In this document: piece after piece, positions 35,888 to 45,642 of the stretch
Layout of the letters: each line of letters opens with the position of its first letter
Numbering within the stretch: the first letter of the stretch is position 1
NCBI GenBank assembly: GCA_016744975.1
Contig: JADGDI010000005.1
Location: forward strand, 1 to 57,790
DNA length: 57,790 bases
Direction of reading: 5' to 3'
From: Hyphomicrobiales bacterium
GTDB taxonomy: Bacteria; Pseudomonadota; Alphaproteobacteria; Rhizobiales; OSC116
Notes under the pieces: model-generated
Seen by the model: the letters and a program-made list of their open reading frames with translations, nothing else
Told to the model about the DNA's origin: nothing
Databases searched by the model: none
Program-made: the position numbers and the translations under genes

Positions 35888-36065
35888 ATCTTCCTCTTTA
35901 TGATTGACTATTAGATTTGATAGATAGCTAACTATTAAGCTTAGGATAGCATAAAACTACAACTGCACGAACTGCTAGTTCAGCCGGCAGGTGTTTAGAG
36001 CGCTGGAATAGGGTGGTTGAAAGGATTTTTAAAGTTTGGTTTTGGTTGAAATTATTTATGAAAAT

Positions 36066-36569
36066 TTACGTCAAGGGATTAATGTCGACTTGTGCGATGT
36101 TGTTATCAAAAAAATGTTCGACCAGATTATTACCACTGCCTTTGCGGTCGATAATCCAAAAATCTTGTTCGGCAACCAAAGTTAAAAGCGGGTGATGCCA
36201 AATGGCTTTGTGATATTGTATGGCTTGGTTGGGTGCAGCAAGAAATGCGTGGCAGCTTTCTGGCGTGGGAATGTTACCATCAGCGACGACAATTAGCCAT
36301 GCATGGGGCTGCATTGGCAAAAATGCCTGACTGCCTAAAGGATGTTTTTCCATCATTTTGATTTCTAGTGGAAATGGGCGGCGTTGGGATTTAAAAATTG
36401 AGATGATGGTTTCGCCAGATTTATCGCTGCAATCGGCTTTAGCCAGATCGTGATATCGCCGTGTATGGCCTTCGTTGATCAGGTAGGATTTATCTTGATC
36501 AAGCTCGATGACCTGCCCATATTTGGCGAAATTTTGTTGGCTAAGCTTTTTTGGTTTTAGATTTATCAT
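36066..36569 (-). CDS. allA: Ureidoglycolate lyase
   Basis: It is 167 aa with AllA-like sequence (..FAKYGQVIE.., ..MEKHPLGSQAF.P..). It overlaps the puuE stop by 4 nt. Confidence 0.85.
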   Translation of the reverse strand: MINLKPKKLSQQNFAKYGQVIELDQDKSYLINEGHTRRYHDLAKADCSDKSGETIISIFKSQRRPFPLEIKMMEKHPLGSQAFLPMQPHAWLIVVADGNIPTPESCHAFLAAPNQAIQYHKAIWHHPLLTLVAEQDFWIIDRKGSGNNLVEHFFDNNIAQVDINPLT

Positions 36570-37492
36570 TTGTTGCCGCCTTTATGAGGGTGGTGCTTAA
36601 CCCAATGATTTGCAATGTCGATGCGGCGGGCGAACCAAACATGGTCGTGCGACATGGCGTAATCAACAAAACGTTTTAGCGCGGCAAAGCGTGCAGGGCG
36701 GCCAATGATGCGGCAATGTAAGCCGACGGATAACATTTTTGGGGTATGCTCGCCTTCGTCATAAAGGGTATCAAACGCATCTTTTAAATAGGTGAAAAAC
36801 TGATCGCCAGCGTTAAAGCCTTGGGGGGCTGCAAAGCGCATGTCATTGGTATCAAGCGTATAGGGTACGATTAAATGGGGTTTTTTGGTTTGGGTTGACC
36901 AGAAAGGCAAATCGTCGGAATAATCATCAGCATCATAGGTGAAACCGTTATTTTCGGCGACTAGATTGCGGGTGTTTTCTGAAGTTCGCCCTGTATACCA
37001 GCCTTTGGGTGCTGTGCCTGTCAGTTCGCGGTGGATTTCTATGGCTTGTTGCATATGTTGGCGTTCTTGGTCGATTGACACGTCTTTATAATCGATCCAC
37101 CTTAGGCCATGGCTACATATTTCGTGGCCGTCTGTTAGGGCCTGTTCTATCACGGCGGGGTTGCGTTGCATGGCCATGGCGACAGCAAATAAAGTGATTG
37201 GAATGTTTCGTTGGCGAAATAAATTTAATATGCGCCAAACCCCAGCGCGTGCGCCATACTCATAAATGGATTCCATTGACATATGGCGTTGATTAACGAA
37301 AGCTGGTGCGCCGATAATTTCAGATAAAAAAGTCTCGGAGGCTTTGTCGCCATGTAAAATGCAATTCTCTCCGCCCTCTTCGTAATTTAAGACAAATTGG
37401 ATGGCAATGCGGGCATTATTTGGCCAGTTGGCTTTGGGTGGGTTTGTGCCATAGCCTAACAAGTCGCGTTGGTAATTTTGTGCATTTGTCAT
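36566..37492 (-). CDS. puuE: Allantoinase, polysaccharide-deacetylase type
   Basis: It resembles PuuE (..YGTNPPKANWPNNARIAIQFVLNYEEGGENCILHGD.., ..RPARFAALKRF..). Confidence 0.88.
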   Translation of the reverse strand: MTNAQNYQRDLLGYGTNPPKANWPNNARIAIQFVLNYEEGGENCILHGDKASETFLSEIIGAPAFVNQRHMSMESIYEYGARAGVWRILNLFRQRNIPITLFAVAMAMQRNPAVIEQALTDGHEICSHGLRWIDYKDVSIDQERQHMQQAIEIHRELTGTAPKGWYTGRTSENTRNLVAENNGFTYDADDYSDDLPFWSTQTKKPHLIVPYTLDTNDMRFAAPQGFNAGDQFFTYLKDAFDTLYDEGEHTPKMLSVGLHCRIIGRPARFAALKRFVDYAMSHDHVWFARRIDIANHWVKHHPHKGGNK

Positions 37493-37587
37493 AATATATT
37501 GCCATTCATTGTTTGGTTTATTTTAAATATATTGACCGATCTATAAAGCGGTATTTTTTTATGTAATTGATGCTTTAATGTGTCTGA

Positions 37588-38568
37588 TTAAGTTTGGTTT
37601 TCCAATTTTTGAAAACGGGTTAATGCTTGATCCAAATGCGATATGAAGGTTCGGGGTGCCAATGATAACTCATGCAACTCGTTGGTGACTAGAACCAGTT
37701 GATCACTTGGTAGATCTGGTTTTGTAATCGGGATGAATATTAAGTTTTTAGCGTGGCGCTCTGCTTCTATGCCGAGGCGGGTTTGAAAGGCAACATACCC
37801 ACTTTGGGTGGCCAATGACTTCATAAACCTTAAGCTGTTGGTTTTTATTAGAGTTTTGGAAATAAGTTTTTGGCTGCGGATGGCATTGCTTAAAATGCGG
37901 CCGATAGACAAATTATCATTAGGCATGGCGATTGAATAATGCATGCATTGAGCGAGTGTGCAGCTTGGCATTTTTGCTAAGTCATGACTGGGTGCGACCA
38001 CGGCACCAATGCTTAATTCTTGACAATTAATATGTTTAAGGCCGTCATGATTGGGGGCGTTAAAGCCTAGAGCCACATGTACTTCAGCGTTACTTATGCT
38101 TTGCATCACACGGGCTGAGCTTGCGATTAGAATTTCAACTTGAATGCCAGGGTAAGTTTGCTGAAAGCGCGAGACAACGCGCGTCATTAGTGAATCTGCG
38201 ACGCTTTCGACCACAGCAACTTTTACAATGCCACGTTTTAGGCCGCTTAAATCGTCAAGTGCTTCTATCGCATTGTCAAAATCGGCCAATGCGCGCTTGG
38301 CATGGATCAGCAAAATCTCACCAGCTTCTGAAATCTTAATGCCGCGACCAATACGGTCAAATAATTGAACGCCAAACTGATCTTCTAAATTTAGTATTTG
38401 GCGATTAACTGCCGATGATACAACATTAAGGCCGCGTGCTGCACCACGAATTGAACCCACTTTTGCAACTTCAACAAAATATCGTAGGGCAGGGGAATAG
38501 AATAAATGAGTTGGATTATTTTTCAAATTGCTGCCTTTTTTCTGTATAATTTTCATTATTGTTGCCAT
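37588..38568 (-). CDS. LysR-family transcriptional regulator (divergent from hiuH-xdh)
   Basis: It has a wHTH (..SIRGAARGLNVVSSAVNRQILNLEDQFG..) and a LysR effector domain. The exact start is uncertain. Confidence 0.8.
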   Translation of the reverse strand: MATIMKIIQKKGSNLKNNPTHLFYSPALRYFVEVAKVGSIRGAARGLNVVSSAVNRQILNLEDQFGVQLFDRIGRGIKISEAGEILLIHAKRALADFDNAIEALDDLSGLKRGIVKVAVVESVADSLMTRVVSRFQQTYPGIQVEILIASSARVMQSISNAEVHVALGFNAPNHDGLKHINCQELSIGAVVAPSHDLAKMPSCTLAQCMHYSIAMPNDNLSIGRILSNAIRSQKLISKTLIKTNSLRFMKSLATQSGYVAFQTRLGIEAERHAKNLIFIPITKPDLPSDQLVLVTNELHELSLAPRTFISHLDQALTRFQKLENQT

Positions 38569-38610
38569 AAAGACATCAATTTTATTACATTATATTCCTT
38601 TTAAGGGCAA

Positions 38611-38629
38611 TTATAATCTGGCAAAATAA
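38611..38629. promoter_or_regulatory. TTAT-N11-ATAA LysR-type box in the LysR/hiuH divergent region
   Basis: TTATAATCTGGCAAAATAA, read from the sequence. Confidence 0.3.
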
Positions 38630-38653
38630 ACTAAATAATGAGAAGGATTTATT

Positions 38654-39004
38654 GTGGGTGCATTAACAACACATGTTTTAGACACTGCCAATGGCGTACC
38701 TGCTGCCGATATGAAGATTGAACTTTGGGTTGACGATGGCGGTGAAAAAAAACTTATCAAAACTGCGTTTACTAACAAAGATGGGCGTCTGGACGGCCCG
38801 GCATTAAGTGGTGAGGATTTTAAAACTGGGCGTTATGAGCTGCTGTTTTATGTGGCAGACTATTTTGCAAGTAAAGGGGGGGATGACGGGTTGGCATTTT
38901 TGAATGTGGTTCCGATTTGTTTTGGTGTTGTTGATTGTGACAGCCATTACCATGTGCCTTTACTGGTTTCGCCTTTTTCATATTCGACATATAGAGGTAG
39001 TTGA
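38654..39004 (+). CDS. hiuH: 5-hydroxyisourate hydrolase (transthyretin-like)
   Basis: It is 116 aa with an ..HVLD.. N-terminus and the diagnostic C-terminal ..YSTYRGS. The start is GTG. Confidence 0.88.
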   Translation: MGALTTHVLDTANGVPAADMKIELWVDDGGEKKLIKTAFTNKDGRLDGPALSGEDFKTGRYELLFYVADYFASKGGDDGLAFLNVVPICFGVVDCDSHYHVPLLVSPFSYSTYRGS

Positions 39005-39006
39005 AA

Positions 39007-40503
39007 ATGGCGAGTGACAGAATTGAATTTATCCGAAATGGGAAAGTTGAAATTTTGGAAGGTGTTAAGCCTACTGATACTTTACTGGATTATCTGCGTT
39101 TAAAAGAAGCCAATTATGGCACTAAAGAGGGTTGCAACGAAGGGGATTGCGGCGCATGTAGTGTGGTTTTAGGCCGGGAGGTAGATGGAGAAATGCACTA
39201 TAGGGCAGTGAATAGCTGTATTTATTTTGTAGGTATGTTAGATGGCCAAGAGTTGATTTCGGTTGAGGATTTAAGCGCTAAAGGTGAAGCTTTGCACCCT
39301 GTACAAGCTGCAATGGTGAAACACCATGCTAGCCAATGTGGGTTTTGTACCCCTGGGTTTGTGATGGCATTATTTGCGCTATATCATGGCGAAGATAAGC
39401 CTAGCCGTGATGGTGTTGCTGAACAACTTGCTGGTAATTTATGCCGCTGTACTGGGTATCGGCCAATTGTGGATGCTGCGGTTGAGGTGTGTGATGATCG
39501 CATGGTAGATAAATTTGATGAGCGCATGCAAGAGACTGCAAAACTGATTGCTAACATGCCTAAACAGGACTTGTTTATTGGTAATGGAAAAAGGTTTTTT
39601 GCCGCGCCTAAATCTATTATTTCGCTGGCGAAACTATACCAGCGTCACCCAGAAGCAACGATTGTTGCGGGGGGGACGGATGTTGGTCTTTGGGTGACCA
39701 AAAGACTGATGGATTTACCCAAAGTTATTTATATTGGCAATGTATCTGGGCTTGATCATATTTTAGAGGATGATCTATGCCTTAACTTAGGCGCAGCGGT
39801 GACTTATAGCGATGCTGAAATACAAATTGGTAATATTGATAGTGATATAGCAGATACATTAAGACGGATAGGCTCAAAACAAGTTCGGGCTTCGGGTACG
39901 GTTGGTGGTAATATTGCTAATGGCTCGCCAATTGGTGATATGCCGCCTATTTTACTGGCTTTGGGGGCATCTATTATTTTGCAAAAAGGCAACGAAGAAC
40001 GCATGTTAGCACTTGGCAGTTTTTTTATTGATTATGGTAAGCAGAATATTGAACAAGGTGAGTTTTTAAAAGAAATTCAAATTCCAAAATTAAAACAAAA
40101 TGAGTATTTTAGATGTTATAAAATATCCAAACGGTTTGACCAAGACATATCGGCTGTTATGGCTGCATTTCAATTTACGATTATTGATGGGGTGATTAAA
40201 TCATGCCGACTGGCATTTGGCGGTATGGCAGCAACACCAAAACGGGCGTTTGCAACGGAGCATGCGCTTAAAGATATGACATTGGATGAATTTGCAGAAG
40301 GCCAAGTTGAAGAGATGTTGGATCAGGACTTTAGCCCACTTAGTGATATGCGTGCCAGCGCTGAATATAGGATGTTGGTATCTAAGAACCTATTGACCAA
40401 AGCGCTGACTGAAATTTCTGATGAGATTGACAATATAGGCGTTACTTCTACGCGGGTGGTTGGCAATAGGGCTGCTAACTGGACGGGGAGTAGCAGGTTA
40501 TGA
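39007..40503 (+). CDS. xdhA: Xanthine dehydrogenase small subunit ([2Fe-2S] plus FAD-binding)
   Basis: It has two Fe-S motifs (..GCNEGDCGACSV.., ..QCGFCTPG..C.CTGYRPI..) and an FAD-binding domain (..VAGGTDVGLWVTK..). Confidence 0.9.
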   Translation: MASDRIEFIRNGKVEILEGVKPTDTLLDYLRLKEANYGTKEGCNEGDCGACSVVLGREVDGEMHYRAVNSCIYFVGMLDGQELISVEDLSAKGEALHPVQAAMVKHHASQCGFCTPGFVMALFALYHGEDKPSRDGVAEQLAGNLCRCTGYRPIVDAAVEVCDDRMVDKFDERMQETAKLIANMPKQDLFIGNGKRFFAAPKSIISLAKLYQRHPEATIVAGGTDVGLWVTKRLMDLPKVIYIGNVSGLDHILEDDLCLNLGAAVTYSDAEIQIGNIDSDIADTLRRIGSKQVRASGTVGGNIANGSPIGDMPPILLALGASIILQKGNEERMLALGSFFIDYGKQNIEQGEFLKEIQIPKLKQNEYFRCYKISKRFDQDISAVMAAFQFTIIDGVIKSCRLAFGGMAATPKRAFATEHALKDMTLDEFAEGQVEEMLDQDFSPLSDMRASAEYRMLVSKNLLTKALTEISDEIDNIGVTSTRVVGNRAANWTGSSRL

Positions 40504-42812
40504 CTGGTTCGAAAAGCGGCGGCAAAAATGCTAGTGGCCAATATATCATCGGTAAAAAATACCCGCATGATAGTGCCAAGCAACATGTGAGCGGCCGCGC
40601 GATTTATATAGATGATATTCGTGAAATGAGGGGTTGCTTGCATGTTGCGCCAGGCTATGGGGCGGAGACTTGTGGTGACATAATTACAATGGATTTAAGT
40701 GCGGTTATCGCATCCAAAGGTGTTGTTTGTGTGTTAACAGCTAAAGATATTCCTGGGGTGAATGATTGCAGCCCTGTTATGGGCGATGACCCAATATTTG
40801 CTGAAAATACAATCAACTTCCATGGTCAGGTGATGTTTGCTGTGGTGGCTAAAACCCGTGATGAAGCACGCCGTGCGGCCAAATACGCAAAAATTGAAAT
40901 TAAGCCGAGGGTGCCAATGATAACAGCGGCGGATGGCCGTGCAAAAGATGCTAGCGTATTTCCGCATTATAGTTTTACCAGTGGTAAGGCTGATGCTGCG
41001 ATTGAAAATGCTGCTTTGAATTTGTCTGAAGATATGGTGATGGGTGGGCAGGAACATTTTTATTTGGAGGGGCAAATTGCGATGGCAATCCCGAAAGATG
41101 AAGGTGAAATGCTGGTTTGCTCCTCGACCCAACACCCAAGCGAAGTGCAACATTTGGTCGCTAAAATGCTTAAAATAAACGATGCTGCCGTGGTATGTGA
41201 ATGCCGCAGAATGGGCGGTGCATTTGGTGGTAAAGAAAGCCAAGCGGCGCAATGGGCAGCCATTGCGGCATTGGCTGCTCATGTAACCGGCAGGCCTGCA
41301 AAAATGCGACTTGACCGCGATGACGACATGATGCTGACGGGAAAGCGCCATGATTTTGACTGTCAATGGTCGGTTGGTTTTGACCAAAAGGGTGTGATTG
41401 CTGGGGTGAAGGTGAATTACGATTCGCGCTGTGGGGTTTCGGCTGACTTATCACTTGGGGTGAATGATCGCTCGATGTTTCATACTGACAATGCTTACTT
41501 TTACCCTGAATATGATATTGGGTCGCATCGGGTTAAGACGAATACAGTTTCTAACACCGCCTTTAGAGGGTTTGGTGGGCCGCAAGGTGTATTGTTTGCC
41601 GAGCGGATGATGCAAGGCATTGCGATTAAAACTGGCCGTGATGCGTTGGATGTTCGCAGTGATAATTACTACCGTGATGACAAACAAACCACACCTTATG
41701 GGATGGAAATTACAGACAATATTATTGCTGATATTATGGGGCAACTAGAGCAAAGTAGTGATTACCGTGCGCGGCGCATTGCAGTTGATGGGTTTAACAA
41801 AAAAAATAAATATTTGAAAAAAGGCTTGGCGTTAACGCCTGTTAAATTTGGCATATCCTTTACCTTAAAACATTTAAACCAAGCAGGGGCTTTGGTGCAT
41901 GTTTATAGTGATGGCTCGGTGCAGATTAACCATGGCGGTACTGAAATGGGGCAGGGGCTTTATTTGAAAGTTGCGCAAATTGTGGCGGAAGAATTTGGCA
42001 TAGATTTAGCACAGGTTAAAATTACTGCAACGGTGACTGATAAAGTGCCAAACGCCACACCAACAGCCGCCTCGTGCGGCAGTGATTTGAACGGAAAAGC
42101 CGCGCAAGCGGCGGTGGTTAAGATTAAAGGCCGAATGGCTCTGCTTGCTGCAAAAATGCAAAATGTTGATGTTAAAGATGTGGTGTTCCGTGATAATATC
42201 GTGGTTGCAGGGGGGCGTGAAATTAAATTTGCTGACCTTGCAAAACTCGCTTTTTTGGAACGTGTTTCGCTGAGTGCAACGGGTTTTTATGCCACACCTA
42301 ATATTACTTGGAACCGAGATTTAAAAACTGGGCAACCATTTTTGTATTTTGCTTATGGTGCATCTTGCAGTGAAGTGATTATTGATACGCTTACTGGTGA
42401 AATGAAAGTTTTACGGGTGGATATATTGCATGATGTTGGTAAATCTATCAACCCAGCGATTGACAAGGGGCAAATTGAAGGTGGGTTTACCCAAGGTATG
42501 GGCTGGTTAACCACTGAAGAGTTGGTTTATGATGATGAAGGGCGGCTGGCTACCCATGCGCCTTCGACTTATAAAATACCGACAGCGTTTGATATGCCTG
42601 AAGATTTTAGGGTGAATATTTACCGCTCTTTGGGTAACCAAGCGGATGTGATTCATAAATCTAAAGCAGTGGGTGAACCGCCTGTTATGCTCGGCATATC
42701 GGTATTTTGTGCGATATTTGACGCGGTTGCTAGTTGTAAAGCTGGTGCGATACCCAAGCTTAATGCACCTGCGACCCCTGAGGCTATTTTGAAGGCCATA
42801 AAATCTCTCTAA
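40500..42812 (+). CDS. xdhB: Xanthine dehydrogenase molybdopterin-binding large subunit
   Basis: It is 770 aa with XDH motifs (..GGAFGGKE.., ..AFRGFGGPQG.., ..GGTEMGQGL.., ..SKAVGEPP..). It overlaps the xdhA stop (ATGA). Confidence 0.92.
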   Translation: MTGSKSGGKNASGQYIIGKKYPHDSAKQHVSGRAIYIDDIREMRGCLHVAPGYGAETCGDIITMDLSAVIASKGVVCVLTAKDIPGVNDCSPVMGDDPIFAENTINFHGQVMFAVVAKTRDEARRAAKYAKIEIKPRVPMITAADGRAKDASVFPHYSFTSGKADAAIENAALNLSEDMVMGGQEHFYLEGQIAMAIPKDEGEMLVCSSTQHPSEVQHLVAKMLKINDAAVVCECRRMGGAFGGKESQAAQWAAIAALAAHVTGRPAKMRLDRDDDMMLTGKRHDFDCQWSVGFDQKGVIAGVKVNYDSRCGVSADLSLGVNDRSMFHTDNAYFYPEYDIGSHRVKTNTVSNTAFRGFGGPQGVLFAERMMQGIAIKTGRDALDVRSDNYYRDDKQTTPYGMEITDNIIADIMGQLEQSSDYRARRIAVDGFNKKNKYLKKGLALTPVKFGISFTLKHLNQAGALVHVYSDGSVQINHGGTEMGQGLYLKVAQIVAEEFGIDLAQVKITATVTDKVPNATPTAASCGSDLNGKAAQAAVVKIKGRMALLAAKMQNVDVKDVVFRDNIVVAGGREIKFADLAKLAFLERVSLSATGFYATPNITWNRDLKTGQPFLYFAYGASCSEVIIDTLTGEMKVLRVDILHDVGKSINPAIDKGQIEGGFTQGMGWLTTEELVYDDEGRLATHAPSTYKIPTAFDMPEDFRVNIYRSLGNQADVIHKSKAVGEPPVMLGISVFCAIFDAVASCKAGAIPKLNAPATPEAILKAIKSL

Positions 42813-42846
42813 TGGCAATTGGGTGAAAAATGGGTATTTGGTGAAA

Positions 42847-43776
42847 ATGCGGATTTGGCAACAAATATTTGAACTTTTACAACAACAAGAAACATGCGCG
42901 CTCATTAGTGTGGTTGAGGTAAAAGGCTCAACGCCGCGAGAGGTTGGGGCGCAGATATTACTGAGTGCAACAGGTGGGTTTTACGGTACGATTGGCGGGG
43001 GGAATATGGAGAATAAATCCATATTATTGGCGCAACAATTACTGGCAAAGGGTGGCCAAAAGCTTCATATTGAGAGCCATATATTGGGGCCAGACTTTGG
43101 CCAATGCTGCGGTGGTGCGGTAAAAATCATGATTGAGATATTTGATCAAACTGATTTTGATAATGCCAAAGCTTTTGCAAGGTTTGAAGCTGATGGGGCG
43201 TTTAATTTGCAAATATCGACTGATGGTAATTGTATTTCACGCCTAAAAGCTTCACAAAATATTGAACATTTTGGACTGCAAGATGATGGCGGTATTATTT
43301 TGCAATATGGATTAAAAAATGCGGTAATTTATCTGTTTGGCGCAGGGCATGTTGGTAAGGCGCTGATGTTGCAACTGGCGGTTTTGCCATTTGATGTGGT
43401 GTGGGTGGACAGTCGGAAAGGTGAGTTTCCGCGTGCTGTGCCAGCTAATTTCACGCTTATTCACCAAGAAAAGCCACAAGATGCTTTGGCCTCTGCACCT
43501 GATGGTGCGCAGATATTCATTTTAACCCATGACCATGATATTGATTTTAATATTGTTTATGCGGCGCTTAATATGCGGCGGTTTTCTTACATTGGGGTGA
43601 TTGGCTCCAAAACTAAAGGTGCGCGATTTGTTAGCAAGTTGCGCAAATTAGATTTTACCGAGCGTCAAATAAATGAGATGCATTGCCCGATTGGCATTGG
43701 GATTATTGGTTCAAAAAAACCTGCTGCCATCGCTGTTTCGGTAGCGGCTGAAATATTAAGCCGTGTTGAGATTTGA
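42847..43776 (+). CDS. xdhC: Xanthine dehydrogenase accessory/maturation protein XdhC
   Basis: It has an XdhC/CoxI pattern (..GSTPREVGA.., ..CGG.., Rossmann ..IYLFGAGHVGKAL..). I prefer the ATG at 42847. Confidence 0.8.
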   Translation: MRIWQQIFELLQQQETCALISVVEVKGSTPREVGAQILLSATGGFYGTIGGGNMENKSILLAQQLLAKGGQKLHIESHILGPDFGQCCGGAVKIMIEIFDQTDFDNAKAFARFEADGAFNLQISTDGNCISRLKASQNIEHFGLQDDGGIILQYGLKNAVIYLFGAGHVGKALMLQLAVLPFDVVWVDSRKGEFPRAVPANFTLIHQEKPQDALASAPDGAQIFILTHDHDIDFNIVYAALNMRRFSYIGVIGSKTKGARFVSKLRKLDFTERQINEMHCPIGIGIIGSKKPAAIAVSVAAEILSRVEI

Positions 43777-45084
43777 GCTTATTTGATGGCGACATTTACC
43801 CGCCACATAGGTTGCCTTTATTGCACGGTCATCGCCTAAGATTGCTAGGGCAAAAAGGCTGTCATCAAGTGATTCAGAAATGGCTTGGCGGGCTTCTAAC
43901 AAGGCTGTAGCTTTAGGGTCAATGATGATGAAATCTGCCCATTTGCCAACTTCAAGACTGCCTATTTCATTGTCTAGACCTAGAGTTTTAGCATTGCCTA
44001 AAGTTGCCATATAAAAACCTTCTAGAGCGGTTAACTGGATATTGTTAAATGAGGCGATTTTAAATGCTTCTCCGATGGTGTGCAGCATGGAATAGCTGGT
44101 ACCGCCGCCAATGTCGCTTGCTAGGCCAATTTTTACGGGGCGTTTTGCCTGCCTTAAATGTTTTAAACTGAGCAACCCTGAGCCTAAAAAGCTATTGGAG
44201 GTTGGGCAATGAACGATGGTTGAGCCGCTATCACTTAGGGCTGTGCATTCGCGTTCTGACAAGTGAATGCCGTGGCCGAAAAAACTTTTTTTACCCAATA
44301 GGCCATATTGTTCGTAAACATGGGTGTAATCTGTCGCCCATGGGAATAGGTGTTTGACCATTTCGATTTCTTCTGGGCTTTCGGACAGATGAGTTTGTAA
44401 ATAACAGTTGGGATTTTGCTCGACCAATTGCTGAGTTGCAGCCAGTTGTGCCTCTGTTGAGGTGATAGCAAAACGTGGGGTGATGGCATAGTTTAAACGG
44501 CCTTTGCCATGCCATTTATCAATTAGGCTTTGGCTGTCTAGCGCGCCTTGTTGGGCTTGGTCAAGCAGGTTATCTGGGGCGTTGCGATCCATCATAGTTT
44601 TGCCCGTGATTAGCGCCATATTGCTGGCTGCAGCTGCTGAAAATAGAATATCTGCGGCTTGTTTATGCACTGATGAAAAGGCCATGGCGCAAGTGGTGCC
44701 GTTGGCGTGAAGGAAGTTTAAAAAATGTTTGGCGGCATTCGTTGCATGATCTGCATCATGGTAGCGGGCTTCTTCTTTAAAGGTGAAGCGGTTGAGCCAA
44801 TCTAGCAAATTTTTAGCGGGTGCGGCTAACATACGATATTGCGGATAATGCAAGTGACTGTCTATAAAACCCGCCATTAAATATTGCTTACCATAGTCAT
44901 CTTTAGGCAGCTTGGCGTAGGTTTTTGGTAAATCTTCGCGTGTGCCAAGCCAAGTGATTTTACCAATGTCGTCAATAACCATTGCGCCTTGTGCATATTC
45001 GGTCACGGCTTTTGATGGGTTTAGCAATGGGTCGCTGTTAAAGCTAATGATATGTGCAAAAATGCATTTTACGGCTTTGGTCAT
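43756..45084 (-). CDS. guaD: Guanine deaminase
   Basis: It has amidohydrolase motifs (..GFIDSHLHYPQ.., ..QTHLSES.., ..HCPTSN.., ..LASDIGGG..) typical of guanine deaminase. Confidence 0.88.
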   Translation of the reverse strand: MTKAVKCIFAHIISFNSDPLLNPSKAVTEYAQGAMVIDDIGKITWLGTREDLPKTYAKLPKDDYGKQYLMAGFIDSHLHYPQYRMLAAPAKNLLDWLNRFTFKEEARYHDADHATNAAKHFLNFLHANGTTCAMAFSSVHKQAADILFSAAAASNMALITGKTMMDRNAPDNLLDQAQQGALDSQSLIDKWHGKGRLNYAITPRFAITSTEAQLAATQQLVEQNPNCYLQTHLSESPEEIEMVKHLFPWATDYTHVYEQYGLLGKKSFFGHGIHLSERECTALSDSGSTIVHCPTSNSFLGSGLLSLKHLRQAKRPVKIGLASDIGGGTSYSMLHTIGEAFKIASFNNIQLTALEGFYMATLGNAKTLGLDNEIGSLEVGKWADFIIIDPKATALLEARQAISESLDDSLFALAILGDDRAIKATYVAGKCRHQISSNLNTA

Positions 45085-45590
45085 TTTGCTTGATCCTCGA
45101 CTTGGTCGGTAATTCTAAAGCCAAAAATTTTGAATATATTTTCGATCGCCGCTTTAAACTCTTGGTCATTGTTATTTTGAATGCGCTGTTTAAAACCATC
45201 TAGAATTTGATGTTTGGTTGCGCCTTTAACGGCAAAGATAAATGGAAAATTGAATTTTTTCTTATAGGCTTGGTTGAGTTTTGTGAAGCTTGCAAGTTCA
45301 CTTTCTGATAAACTGTTTAAGCCTGCGCCTTGTTGTTCATTGGCGCTGTCATCACTGAGTGTGGCCTTGCCAGCTAGGTCGGGATGGGCGTTGATTAGCG
45401 CTAGTTGGGTCTGGTGATTGGCAGCAGAGAGTGTGTTGCAAAAGGCGGTTATCATATCTTGTTTGCTGGCAAAGGGACGTAAATTGGCGGCAATTTTTGC
45501 TACCCAGGGGGAATGCTCGGCAATGTCGCCAAATTCGGCCTCAAACTCATTGATGCTCATTGCATTGAGTTGATCTAAGCTGATCGACAT
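45081..45590 (-). CDS. uraD: OHCU (2-oxo-4-hydroxy-4-carboxy-5-ureidoimidazoline) decarboxylase
   Basis: It is 169 aa with ..EHSPWVA.., ..INAHPDLAGK.. and ..FPFIFAVKG.. motifs. Confidence 0.85.
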   Translation of the reverse strand: MSISLDQLNAMSINEFEAEFGDIAEHSPWVAKIAANLRPFASKQDMITAFCNTLSAANHQTQLALINAHPDLAGKATLSDDSANEQQGAGLNSLSESELASFTKLNQAYKKKFNFPFIFAVKGATKHQILDGFKQRIQNNNDQEFKAAIENIFKIFGFRITDQVEDQAK

Positions 45591-45610
45591 TTTACGTCTC
45601 CATATGGTTC

Positions 45611-45642
45611 AAAGTGATTGTAATTTAAAGTGATTGTAATTT
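45611..45642. repeat. Tandem duplication of a 16-mer (AAAGTGATTGTAATTT x2) between puuD and uraD
   Basis: Read from the sequence. The copies are at 45611-45626 and 45627-45642, and the second copy overlaps the puuD stop codon. Confidence 0.8.

Noticed and set aside
45611-45642. The tandem 16-mer considered as a possible CRISPR or other array.
   Set aside because: There are only two directly abutting copies, with no spacers and no cas genes. It is a simple duplication.
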